Virus record (IMG/VR): IMGVR_UViG_3300027833_003138
Location: 32,001 to 96,000 of that record
Length of the DNA: 64,000 nt
Origin: a virus
Reading direction: 5' to 3' (one strand)
Notes under the pieces: generated by a model
What the model was told of the DNA's origin: nothing
What the model saw: only the letters and a program-made list of their open reading frames with translations
The model's database searches: none
Program-made: the position numbers and the translations under genes
Part shown: piece after piece, positions 55,901 to 64,000 of the stretch
How the letters are laid out: every line of letters starts with the position of its first letter
How positions within the stretch are numbered: position 1 is the first letter of the stretch

Positions 55901-58900
55901 GATGCAATAGGTCGAGAGAAAGCTGCAGGGGTTCCTGTTTCACAAATTCGTGTTGGCTCACACGGCGCGCTCATGGGTAAGAGTAACCCCCTCGGCCTCG
56001 GCGTAACCAATACGCAAGACGAACCAAATGGTCTGCGCGATGTAATTGGTGCAGCAGGCGGGTTTGTGCCGAATTATGCAGAGCCCGGCTTCCAAAGAAC
56101 AGATGTAAACATTAAAGGCAGGAGAAAGCAAGATAAGCTTGTCGAAAAATTAAATCGAGAGCTAGAAAAGTATACAAACGCCTTTAAAAAAGGTCAACTC
56201 TCTCAGAAAAACTTAACCCAAGGAATAAAAAACCTTAATCAAAAATACGGCTTAAGCGAACAAACACAAAAGAGAGTCTTGAAAGAGACGAACAACTCTA
56301 TAACTGCAACTCAAAAACTTAATGCAGCAAGACTAAGTACTACAAAAGCTTTAAGCGGCGGCGCCAAGGGAGCTATGGGGCTATGGGGAAAGGCGAACTC
56401 GAAAATAGAATCGTCCGCTTTAGGTAAAGGTTTAAGCTCCACAGGCGGCCAAATGGGCTTGATGATGGGAGCCCCTATGCTCGCTGGAATGCTTCAAGGC
56501 GACGGAATTGGAACAGTAAGCGACACTAGTTATAAAGCGGGAGGGGTTGCTCAGGGGTTGGGCACTGGCGCCGCAATGGGTATGATGTTTGGACCGTTAG
56601 GTACTATTGTGGGGGGTACTATTGGTGCTTTTAAGGGTCTTGTGGACGCATCCAACGAACTCAAGGAAGCTCAAGAAAAAGCCATTAAAATTGCTAGAGA
56701 ATCAAGCGTTCAGACTGGCGCTGCTCTCGGCCAATCATTAGCTCCCGCTTTAGCTAAAACAGATTTTGGAAAAGGCGGTGCGGTCAATTTTTCTTTTGCA
56801 GGAAAGCAAAGAGAATTAGATCTAGATAGCCCTAATCAGTTATCCACACGAAACGTCGAAGCGGGGCGATTTGGTATGAAAATGGGAGAAAATGTTAGGA
56901 GTCAAATGTTGGGTGGCTTAGATTTTGATTTAAAAAAATTGGTTGATGATTCGCGTGGGGGAAGATCTTTTGCTGAGCTTTCTAAAAATTTGTCTAAAGC
57001 TGGCTTAAGTGGAACGGTGGTAGATAAAGAATTTTTAAAGGACGCTTTGTATGAAGAATATGATCCGGACTCAGAGTATGGAAAAACAAAAGCGAGAGGT
57101 GGGCCAGAAGCAATTAAAAGAATTGAAGATCAGATCCTAGCTCAAATGGGGTCTGCTGCTAGGCCTGAAGCAATTAAGGCCGCATTAGATCAATTACCCG
57201 CTGATATGAAAATTCAAACTGCAGCGCTAGAAAAAGGCTCAACCGCAGGAGGGAGGTTCTTTGACAAAGGCGCTCTCGAATATTTTACTCCCGAAGAATT
57301 AAAAAGACAAATCGACAAAGGTGACATTACGCAGGTCGCAAAAGCTTATGAAGATATTTTAAAACAAATCGACACCCAGAAAGAGGTAAACGCAGAAAAT
57401 AATAAAGCCGTAATCCTCCAACTCAATGCTCAACGAGCAATGGTAGCCGCTCAGCAAGAGACTCGGGATATACAATTCAATATAAAATCTTCATATGCAA
57501 AAATCGGCAGCTCATTGTCTTTGCAAGCTAAAATCATGGGTAATTTTGCTACCGAGCAACAAAAAGCTCAATTAGATTATACAAAAGCAATCAACAAGGC
57601 TGCGCAATCATATGCTACCGGAGCTCAATCAGAGCAGGGTAAATACAGACAAGGTATGCTCGCTTTCTCTAAAAACGATAATATTGCTTCTGCTTTAAAA
57701 ACAAGCTTAGCTCGGAAAAATTTAGTAGAACAGGCTGAACGTTCAGAAGATTTAGCTGGTCAATTTCCTAAGGACTCAGCAATCGAGGCAAAGGCTGAAC
57801 AGATAGATTTAACAAATGAACTAATTAAACTATCAAATGAAGAATTATACGCAGAATTAAAAAAAGCAAATTTAAACACCGTGCAACTTCAAGCACTCGA
57901 AGACTACAAAAACAGCAAAGAAAAAAATATTGAATTATTAGTAAAAGAATTAGACCTATCCAACTCAATTGCAGAAAGTGAAAAGATAATAAATGATGCT
58001 ATTGCAAGAAGAAAAGATTTAATTGCCGATGCGTCCACCGCAATTGGCATGTCTGATAAGCAACTCGCCCATAATCAAAAAATGCGAAGTTTTGCTGATA
58101 AGCTTGCCGCAGCGCAGAGATTAACCGCTTTTGGACCAGGATTTAAAACAGGAAAAGAGCAAGAAGATTTTAAAATGAAAGAAAAGCAATTTACTCTCGC
58201 AAGTTCCGCTATAACTTTAAGAAAAAATGCTAAATCTGCGGTCAATAAAAAAATAAAAGAACGCACCGATCTCGAACTGCAACAACAGACAGCTCAAGAA
58301 AGAATCACGGCTCTGAAAGGGGGCGCCGAGTCAACTATCGAAAACGAGCAAAAAAAGTTAGAGGCGCTTCTTATTAAACAGCAACAGAATCTTGCTTTTA
58401 TAGATCATGAAATAAAAAACATTAACGAATCAACAGAGGTTGAAATATCAAATGCCCAAAAACTCTTAGAAGAAGAGAAAAAAAGATTAAAACTTAAGAG
58501 GGAATACGAAACCGGACCTGGCGCAATGCGTAATGGAGCTCGCGATGCTCAAAAAAGAATTGTTGAGCAGGCTGAAACGATGGAGCTTAGGCTCGGAGGT
58601 GAATTAACAAATCAATTTAGAGACGGCCTTGTTGACGGTATGCAAGCAGCAATAAATAAAGCCGATGACTTGAGCGATGTTATGAATAATATTGCAATGA
58701 ATTTTCTTGGAGCAATTCAACAAGCTTATCTTGGTAAAGCCGCCGATGCAATCGTTGGAGCTTTACCGTTTTCTAGCGGAGGAGGAGTAAGAAAATATTC
58801 TAAAGGAGGCGGAGTTCCTGCAATGGTTACTAATGGCGAATATGTAATGGGTCGCGACGCTGTGAAAAAATACGGTGGCGGATTTATGCATAGATTAAAC

Positions 58901-59881
58901 GCAGGCGGAAAACTTCCAGGTTATTCAACTGGAGGTAAGCCAGACGAGCCTCAGCCAGGATCCGCTCTCGCTTCAAACTTTGGAGGAGGAGAAGGTTACA
59001 ACACAGGAAGAAGATATCAATCTCAAGCAATGTCTGGATTTTTCTACAGCGGACAAGCTGGGAACGTAGGACTTCAAGAAGATACTCAATATACAAAAGG
59101 TATCATTCAAGAAAGAATGAGAAAGGAAGCTGAGAAAAAAGCCAAAAAAAGAGCTTTAATGCAAATGATCGTAGGTACCGCTCTGAGTGTTGGAATTGGA
59201 TCTCTCGCTAACGCCGGAATTGGGGCAATGGCAGAATCTGGAGCCTTAGGGGGAGGAGCTCAACAGCAAGCCTTATTGAAAGCTGCTCCAGAGGGAACTT
59301 TTGGCCCAATGGACCCTAGTTCCGCTAGAAGATATGGAGGTTTCAGCGCACGCTTAAATCAAAACTTTGGGGGTAATGGATCATGGTCTTGGAACAAGAG
59401 TGAGCAGGATGGGTTCTCGAGCCAAGACCTAAGAAGCTTGCAGCCAGATTTTTTTCGTGGAGGAAGAGTGGGTAAATACGCCAACGGCGGCCACATAGCT
59501 GGCAAGTCTGGCATCGATCAAATTCCCGCAATGCTCAGCGAAGGAGAGTATGTAATTCGCGCAAGTAGCGCTCGACAGCTCGGCAAACCAATGCTCGACC
59601 GAATAAATGCAGGAAAATTCAATGATGGTGGAGCAGTGACCCCCTTAACAGAAAACTCAGAAACTGGAACTTCTGGCGGAAATACAAATAATATTAATAT
59701 AACGGTTAATATGGACAAGGGAAGTGGGAAATCAGAAAAAAAGGATGATAAAGCAGGAGCCAATCCAAAAGACTCGTCAGAAGATCAAGAAAAAAGCACG
59801 CAGTTGGCGGAAAAAGTAAAACAACAAGTTATTTCTGTGATAATGGACGAGCAGCGACCAGGAGGCTTGTTGAGTGACTGA
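52913..59881 (+). CDS. tail tape measure protein (TP901-like core) with inserted domains
   Basis: 2322 aa Ala/Gly-rich helical; EYARQG, IGNSFKTIFTRI core; C-terminal (F/Y)xxGG and AMLSEGEYVI motifs. Confidence 0.9.
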   Translation: MSINLNVTGNTQPLEAAVQAAVNRIRKTPIKITVDDKGATQPLGNMKRGADEFSKSMEAANARIIAFGASMAIINGVADGFKALVKNVVEVEKALADINVVMNLSTANLEKFSNGLFKTAKETGAAFNVAAEAATEYARQGLTMEESLKRTRDALILTRLTGMDSANAVKALTAAMNTYGDQIKDTTQLVSKFAAVDVKFAVSAEDFADAISRTGQAARSAGVDIDELVGLVTAAQQKTARGGKVIGNSFKTIFTRIGRTDTLNQLENLGIAVRDLEGNTIGARRILTDLANTFDHLTESQKAQIAQTVGGVFQINILKAVLSDAAKQNGILANATQISAGATTEAIDKNDQLRQTMSAMATETGLALKELSAQIGEIMLAPGMEKVLNVFKGLAEGANEMLGGGESTGSDFAQGFLKGLGNIITGPGLVVISAVFIKLFAKALVYANQSLQSLIGVTSEAHKQKAIQTSLVTLFGQNAAISKEMLRTDISRTEKEKIILGLLKAQVVEANMLNSVSKSVASSLYTKGYNASLAPRKGRAGGHIPNFADPEREQAARGGYAAGTIRSMNMPGEGSVIYNSAEKVKNFKGMSQPAIMPPHSSKAGKNYQQAFGSIHGFDPYAAGGYIPNYARVKDVPNTYMDVRAFKQFAGIRTGASSSNTKATGAYNTLRQYAETNKLQNLSPAALVKSYKGSQTLKSPKKSLAAMLVPPEGYSGKPFASYSDLTWPVYSLRPDAQTDPSLSKMVEGDFKSTGSKYASRISKVLERGPVSESKIWKTMQSDTAGGAKGAWKAAVGALFEAAVNSALDYRSKGRGKDEGDFDVRGGDIGILSTAFDGFPEGMTLADYKSDDRSPGNKASFRKKVLKQLKFNKSQQQNKLKPGNYASGFIPNFAAARLALTGGLVGKNKFGNIDRRQMTRLVRSNPYFNGLMNEHLTWDSFPKKDKRKLSGWLLKQGVSNRALQAYGLASMHSKSIGEGISNLAMAKGFIPNFANPLSDAIGREKAAGVPVSQIRVGSHGALMGKSNPLGLGVTNTQDEPNGLRDVIGAAGGFVPNYAEPGFQRTDVNIKGRRKQDKLVEKLNRELEKYTNAFKKGQLSQKNLTQGIKNLNQKYGLSEQTQKRVLKETNNSITATQKLNAARLSTTKALSGGAKGAMGLWGKANSKIESSALGKGLSSTGGQMGLMMGAPMLAGMLQGDGIGTVSDTSYKAGGVAQGLGTGAAMGMMFGPLGTIVGGTIGAFKGLVDASNELKEAQEKAIKIARESSVQTGAALGQSLAPALAKTDFGKGGAVNFSFAGKQRELDLDSPNQLSTRNVEAGRFGMKMGENVRSQMLGGLDFDLKKLVDDSRGGRSFAELSKNLSKAGLSGTVVDKEFLKDALYEEYDPDSEYGKTKARGGPEAIKRIEDQILAQMGSAARPEAIKAALDQLPADMKIQTAALEKGSTAGGRFFDKGALEYFTPEELKRQIDKGDITQVAKAYEDILKQIDTQKEVNAENNKAVILQLNAQRAMVAAQQETRDIQFNIKSSYAKIGSSLSLQAKIMGNFATEQQKAQLDYTKAINKAAQSYATGAQSEQGKYRQGMLAFSKNDNIASALKTSLARKNLVEQAERSEDLAGQFPKDSAIEAKAEQIDLTNELIKLSNEELYAELKKANLNTVQLQALEDYKNSKEKNIELLVKELDLSNSIAESEKIINDAIARRKDLIADASTAIGMSDKQLAHNQKMRSFADKLAAAQRLTAFGPGFKTGKEQEDFKMKEKQFTLASSAITLRKNAKSAVNKKIKERTDLELQQQTAQERITALKGGAESTIENEQKKLEALLIKQQQNLAFIDHEIKNINESTEVEISNAQKLLEEEKKRLKLKREYETGPGAMRNGARDAQKRIVEQAETMELRLGGELTNQFRDGLVDGMQAAINKADDLSDVMNNIAMNFLGAIQQAYLGKAADAIVGALPFSSGGGVRKYSKGGGVPAMVTNGEYVMGRDAVKKYGGGFMHRLNAGGKLPGYSTGGKPDEPQPGSALASNFGGGEGYNTGRRYQSQAMSGFFYSGQAGNVGLQEDTQYTKGIIQERMRKEAEKKAKKRALMQMIVGTALSVGIGSLANAGIGAMAESGALGGGAQQQALLKAAPEGTFGPMDPSSARRYGGFSARLNQNFGGNGSWSWNKSEQDGFSSQDLRSLQPDFFRGGRVGKYANGGHIAGKSGIDQIPAMLSEGEYVIRASSARQLGKPMLDRINAGKFNDGGAVTPLTENSETGTSGGNTNNINITVNMDKGSGKSEKKDDKAGANPKDSSEDQEKSTQLAEKVKQQVISVIMDEQRPGGLLSD

Positions 59882-59883
59882 TC

Positions 59884-60765
59884 ATGACTTTCTCAAATTA
59901 TGAACAAACTATAGTTGTAAACAATACCGCTCTTTCTGGAGTAGTAAATGTTAATGGAAGTTACGGAATAACAGAAAAGCCAATAAAGGTTGCTGGCGTA
60001 GGGTTTATAGACGCTTTTGTTAACGGTCCTCTTGAGGGTAATTTTTCGATTTCAAGAAAGATGGTAAGCAGGGATCCTATACTGGATCTGAATGTAGTCG
60101 GGCAGTACGCCTACGACGAAAATGAAATAAGTGGATCAATTTTATACGACAATAACACAAAGGGTTTTGGGTTTACAAAAGGAAGAATTACTCGTTATTC
60201 AGTCAACTGTACAGTGGGCGATCTTCCTGATATTGAAACTGATATCACTGTATTTGGGGATCTAGGAAGCGGAATATTAATTCAAGAAGCTACCAAGCCT
60301 CATCCACCTATACAATTTACTGACCAGGCCAGTATTTCAATAAACGTAAGCGATTTTTCAACAGACGCAGTAACAGATTTCAGCTTTAGTCGAGCTTTAA
60401 ATTTGCAGCCAATGTATGCAATTCCAAAAGGCACCGAAGCCGAATGGCATGCCGACAGCAAAACCACTTACGAAAATCATGATCCAATACAAATCGATAC
60501 AATTTATCCAATCGAAACGGATATTAATTTTACAATGATTGTAAATGAATACGAAGTAAGACAAACCAAAGATCGTCTCAGAGCGGCTCCAGAAAGCGAT
60601 GTCGTTATTCAAATAAAAGATTCTAAAACAAAAGAAGTTATTAATGCTTTTACTGGCGTTAAGGCTAGATTAATAAGCGAATCTATAACATCCTCGGTCG
60701 AAGGAGAAATGAGTATATCTTTAACTTATAAATCATATGAGACCCTTCATAATCCAGTAATATGA
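59884..60765 (+). CDS. tail-tube-like baseplate protein
   Basis: YSVNCTVGDLP and VTDFSFSR..QPMY match tube paralogues; follows TMP. Confidence 0.55.
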   Translation: MTFSNYEQTIVVNNTALSGVVNVNGSYGITEKPIKVAGVGFIDAFVNGPLEGNFSISRKMVSRDPILDLNVVGQYAYDENEISGSILYDNNTKGFGFTKGRITRYSVNCTVGDLPDIETDITVFGDLGSGILIQEATKPHPPIQFTDQASISINVSDFSTDAVTDFSFSRALNLQPMYAIPKGTEAEWHADSKTTYENHDPIQIDTIYPIETDINFTMIVNEYEVRQTKDRLRAAPESDVVIQIKDSKTKEVINAFTGVKARLISESITSSVEGEMSISLTYKSYETLHNPVI

Positions 60766-61679
60766 GCAAGCCTTTTTTAAGATTTGAAGATGGTAAGATT
60801 TCTTTGGGAGGCAAGGATCTAATGGTTCAGTCTGCTAATTTATCAATAACCCCAACTCTAGAACCAGAAAGAGTATATGGAGACCTTGATCTCTCGATAG
60901 TCGGAGCGAAAACCGAGTTTGTTAATTTTGCAGCTACCGCAGGTCTTCGCGGCAAGCTTGATATTTCTTTTGTAATTACTGCTGAATTTTTTAAACAAAA
61001 TAATATTATTAATTCTATTGATAGATTGTTTGAAATAAAAGACGGTATGAGTGAAAATCCTATTGATGGAAATATAGTTGGTCGTTATTTATTTGATAAT
61101 ATGTATTTAACTAATTTTAGTTTTAGTATAGCTCCTTTTCAAGTTATACAAGCTAATGCAAGTTATGATATATATGGTACAATATTAAAAACAGTAGATA
61201 GAAGGTTTCAAGAATTAAATATTGATCCTGCTCACGGACTTAAATCATTTGGAGAAATAAAAGCAAGCAATACAAATATGGACACCGCGAATAAAAAACA
61301 ATTTGAGGTATCTAAATTAAATTATAATATAATAGTGGGAAGGAAGATACATAATCATATAAAAGACGGCGAACATACCTCTATTAATACAACCGCGAAT
61401 GGAGTGGTTCCTACTCGCGTGTCAATTGAGAATATTGAAGCAGAGATGAATATAGAATCAAACGACATGGTAAGAAATTTAAATCCAGACGGAAATTATC
61501 AATCAGGAACAACTCCCGAAGGTTTAAGCGACTCTACTATACAGGCTTTTTTGTACAGCTTGCAGGGAGAAAAGATCGCTAATTTCTCTTGTTCTGGAAG
61601 GATACACGGTCAGTCAATTTCAATATCAGAGGGCTCGCATGCGATGGGTTCAGTATCTGTAAAGCAGATAATTAAATAA
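60762..61679 (+). CDS. tail-tube-like baseplate protein
   Basis: VQSANLS...EPERVYG; MYLTNFSFS. Confidence 0.5.
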   Translation: MSKPFLRFEDGKISLGGKDLMVQSANLSITPTLEPERVYGDLDLSIVGAKTEFVNFAATAGLRGKLDISFVITAEFFKQNNIINSIDRLFEIKDGMSENPIDGNIVGRYLFDNMYLTNFSFSIAPFQVIQANASYDIYGTILKTVDRRFQELNIDPAHGLKSFGEIKASNTNMDTANKKQFEVSKLNYNIIVGRKIHNHIKDGEHTSINTTANGVVPTRVSIENIEAEMNIESNDMVRNLNPDGNYQSGTTPEGLSDSTIQAFLYSLQGEKIANFSCSGRIHGQSISISEGSHAMGSVSVKQIIK

Positions 61680-61681
61680 TC

Positions 61682-63970
61682 ATGACAATCTCCGCTCCAG
61701 CCTCGGACGTTTCTGAAGGAAGAATGGGAAACCTTGTTAATTATAGCGGGGTTTTTCAAACAGGACAAAATTACGAACAATTTGATTTTGTTTATGCTAC
61801 GGGTGATGGGTTGTATTATTACGCAAAGCAAAATATGGTTTTTGGCGGCGGAGTCTCTGTGTCGGACAATCAAAGATTTACATTGCTTCCTCACGAGGTA
61901 GCAGCTAATTCTCATTATATTATTGATGAGTTTAATAGGCCCGACGATCTAAACGCAACATTTAGCCCTGGAAATATAATAAATATAGCTGGGTCTACTG
62001 GGTCTAGCGATGGAACTTATTCTATATTAAATATAGAAAAAAATTATACAAGTACCACCGTTCAAGGTTTAACTGGTGCAGCAATAAAAATAAAAGGGAC
62101 ATCTGAAACTAGTTTTATAGAAAATTACGAACCTTCGTCTGCTAATGTTCTAACAATCTCAACAATCAATGCGTATCCTGAATCTAATCCAGATTTGTGG
62201 ACAAGTAATAAGTTTTTTTACGACGCAGATTATGGATCAACAGTTAATTTTAAGGCAAATAATATAAAACATGAGTATGGTAATGGTTATTATATTCTGC
62301 AGCCAAAAGGCATAAATGCATTAACGTTTGAGGTTAATTTAAAATTCGACAACAGAACAAATAAAGAAGCTAATTCTATAATACATTTTGTAGAAAACCA
62401 TTTGGGGCAATTAGAGGTTGACTCCTCCTCTCCTAACCTTAAATATAAACAAGGAATATCAGGGTTTCGATGGGACGGAAACGCGATGTTTAATCCTTAT
62501 CGATCGACAGAAAATGAAGCTAAGACTTTTTATTGCTCAGAATTTAATCATGCTTTAAGTTTTGAGAACAGTAACAATATAAGTTTAAAACTTAGAAATT
62601 TAGACACTTCTTCGTTGAGGAAATCTGAGCAGTTGTTTATAAGGAAAGCAGAAACGTTTGACCCGACAATGGTTTACGAGAAAAATGATGTAGCTTTTTA
62701 TACTGGTAACCATTCATACTATTATTGGCACAGCGATTCAAGTACCAGTAATAAAGTTCCTTCTGAGATAACTACGGGTTTTAATGGCAGGCTTGATTAC
62801 AAGAAAGATTTACATACAGGTTACTGGACTCGCGATTTCTTTTGGAGGCCATCTTTAGGGCTAAGCGTTGATCAAAAGCCAAGAATGAACGAAATAGAAC
62901 TGGGAGGATACCTTCAGATTTATAACGACGGCATAAATGAAAGCCTTTTAAATTTGGACTTGCAGTTCAATAATAGAGATGATGAGGAAGCTTACGCTAT
63001 ACTTCATTTCCTTGAGCAAAGACTAGGTTACAAACCTTTTAATTTTACGCCTCCCGCCCCATATAATAGAAAGCAAAACTTTGTGTGTCAGGAGTGGAGC
63101 CACACTTATAATTACAAAAATAATCATAGCATATCTGCTCGATTCGAGCAGTTTCCATTTAATATAGATGAGCAGGATTTTACCAATTTAGACACTCCTC
63201 CAGAATTGGCAGAGGGAGAATTAATATTCACCTCTCCGTTGTCGTTTTCGATCAAGGACCAAGGAGAACAAATAATTCCCGGAGAAAAAGGAAAGGGTAG
63301 GGTTAAGTTAATGAATATAGGAGATAAACCCTTGACGTTAATTAGTGCAGAAGCGATAGAGAGAGACATTGGGTCTTTTTCTATTATAGGGCAGGGCGGA
63401 GGCGCAAACGTTCCTTTTATTGGCGAAGGTCTTGATAAAGAAGATTACATATATAACCTTCCGTCTGCCGGTTTTCCTTTTGGTCTAAACGGCAAAACAA
63501 TAAAACTAAGCAAGTCTTATACACCTGGCGTTAGTGATGGCGGGCAGATGTTTACGGTGGTCACAGGTTCCCCTGGTAACTACAGATCCGAAATAGTTAA
63601 TTCAGTTCCAAACACTTTTTTTCAAAACAACAGAGGGCAAATAAAATCCGGAGTAAGTGAGCCGTTTAATACTGCATACAGGGAGTGCGGTAAATTTGCG
63701 ATTGAGAATTTCTTTATCAATAATCAAAAGACCACAATCGAGGCAGGAGAGGAAGGCTATATTGATATTGAGTTTTATGGAATCAATGACTCGGACGTAA
63801 ATGTTTTTTTGGTCGATGAATTCACGGACAATATAATAGACAATAATTCAGACTTTATTCTTGTGGGCCTTACAAATAAATACTATTTTGGAGATTTGTA
63901 TATAAGAAGCTCTGCTTCAAGCGACCTTCAACAAGGCGAGTTAAAAATATTCGTCGCAGCAGAAAAATAA
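61682..63970 (+). CDS. minor tail protein with two lambda gpM/Dit-like domains
   Basis: Twice FF....S......G.GY.....GIN.....L.F.NR...EA..I.HF.E...G...F. Confidence 0.7.
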   Translation: MTISAPASDVSEGRMGNLVNYSGVFQTGQNYEQFDFVYATGDGLYYYAKQNMVFGGGVSVSDNQRFTLLPHEVAANSHYIIDEFNRPDDLNATFSPGNIINIAGSTGSSDGTYSILNIEKNYTSTTVQGLTGAAIKIKGTSETSFIENYEPSSANVLTISTINAYPESNPDLWTSNKFFYDADYGSTVNFKANNIKHEYGNGYYILQPKGINALTFEVNLKFDNRTNKEANSIIHFVENHLGQLEVDSSSPNLKYKQGISGFRWDGNAMFNPYRSTENEAKTFYCSEFNHALSFENSNNISLKLRNLDTSSLRKSEQLFIRKAETFDPTMVYEKNDVAFYTGNHSYYYWHSDSSTSNKVPSEITTGFNGRLDYKKDLHTGYWTRDFFWRPSLGLSVDQKPRMNEIELGGYLQIYNDGINESLLNLDLQFNNRDDEEAYAILHFLEQRLGYKPFNFTPPAPYNRKQNFVCQEWSHTYNYKNNHSISARFEQFPFNIDEQDFTNLDTPPELAEGELIFTSPLSFSIKDQGEQIIPGEKGKGRVKLMNIGDKPLTLISAEAIERDIGSFSIIGQGGGANVPFIGEGLDKEDYIYNLPSAGFPFGLNGKTIKLSKSYTPGVSDGGQMFTVVTGSPGNYRSEIVNSVPNTFFQNNRGQIKSGVSEPFNTAYRECGKFAIENFFINNQKTTIEAGEEGYIDIEFYGINDSDVNVFLVDEFTDNIIDNNSDFILVGLTNKYYFGDLYIRSSASSDLQQGELKIFVAAEK

Positions 63971-63972
63971 TT

Positions 63973-64000
63973 ATGGCAAAATCAGAATCAAATTTTAATA
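63973..64000 (+). CDS. start of next tail gene (truncated by window)
   Basis: ATG 2 nt after stop, MAKSESNFN. Confidence 0.5.

Noticed and set aside
534-63369. Many 60-190-aa antisense or overlapping ORFs in the track (e.g. 34169-34603, 39788-40348, 55684-56010)
   Set aside because: Shadows of better-supported genes on the other strand or frame, with no motifs or promoters
1-64000. Stop-codon reassignment
   Set aside because: Long genes are intact under code 11, all three stops are used, and the tRNAs are ordinary Ser and Thr

Overview
A 64-kb, AT-rich segment of a large tailed dsDNA bacteriophage (long non-contractile-type tail module; no sheath, head or replicase genes in this window). 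1-11.2 kb and 31-37.8 kb hold minus-strand early/middle genes: rIIA-like N-terminus, UvdE, HNH nuclease, AbrB-like, WYL, dUTPase, dCMP deaminase, RuvB, a Holliday-resolvase-like nuclease, tRNA-Ser, tRNA-Thr, tmRNA and many small ORFs. About 15 near-consensus sigma70 promoters drive them, most apparently giving leaderless mRNAs. 11.6-30.7 kb is a roughly 19-kb glycan-modification island: an APS-kinase/HxGH-nucleotidyltransferase fusion (candidate minimal PAPS synthase) and 23 co-oriented genes. These include 7 sulfotransferase domains, about 10 glycosyltransferase-like proteins, 3 methyltransferases and a pyruvyltransferase, with recombination scars showing how the island grew. 37.8-64 kb encodes tail fibres, four tail-tube-fold paralogues, connectors, chaperones, a 2322-aa tape measure protein and a tandem gpM/Dit-like protein. 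A GTGTA motif, usually 9-10 nt before the start codon, precedes structural genes and also island genes, suggesting the sulfation/glycosylation system is a late, possibly virion-decorating, programme. The tape measure protein has five GxIPN(F/Y)A motifs bracketing inserts, one of them PD-(D/E)XK-like. All family calls come from motifs read by eye; no database searches were run.
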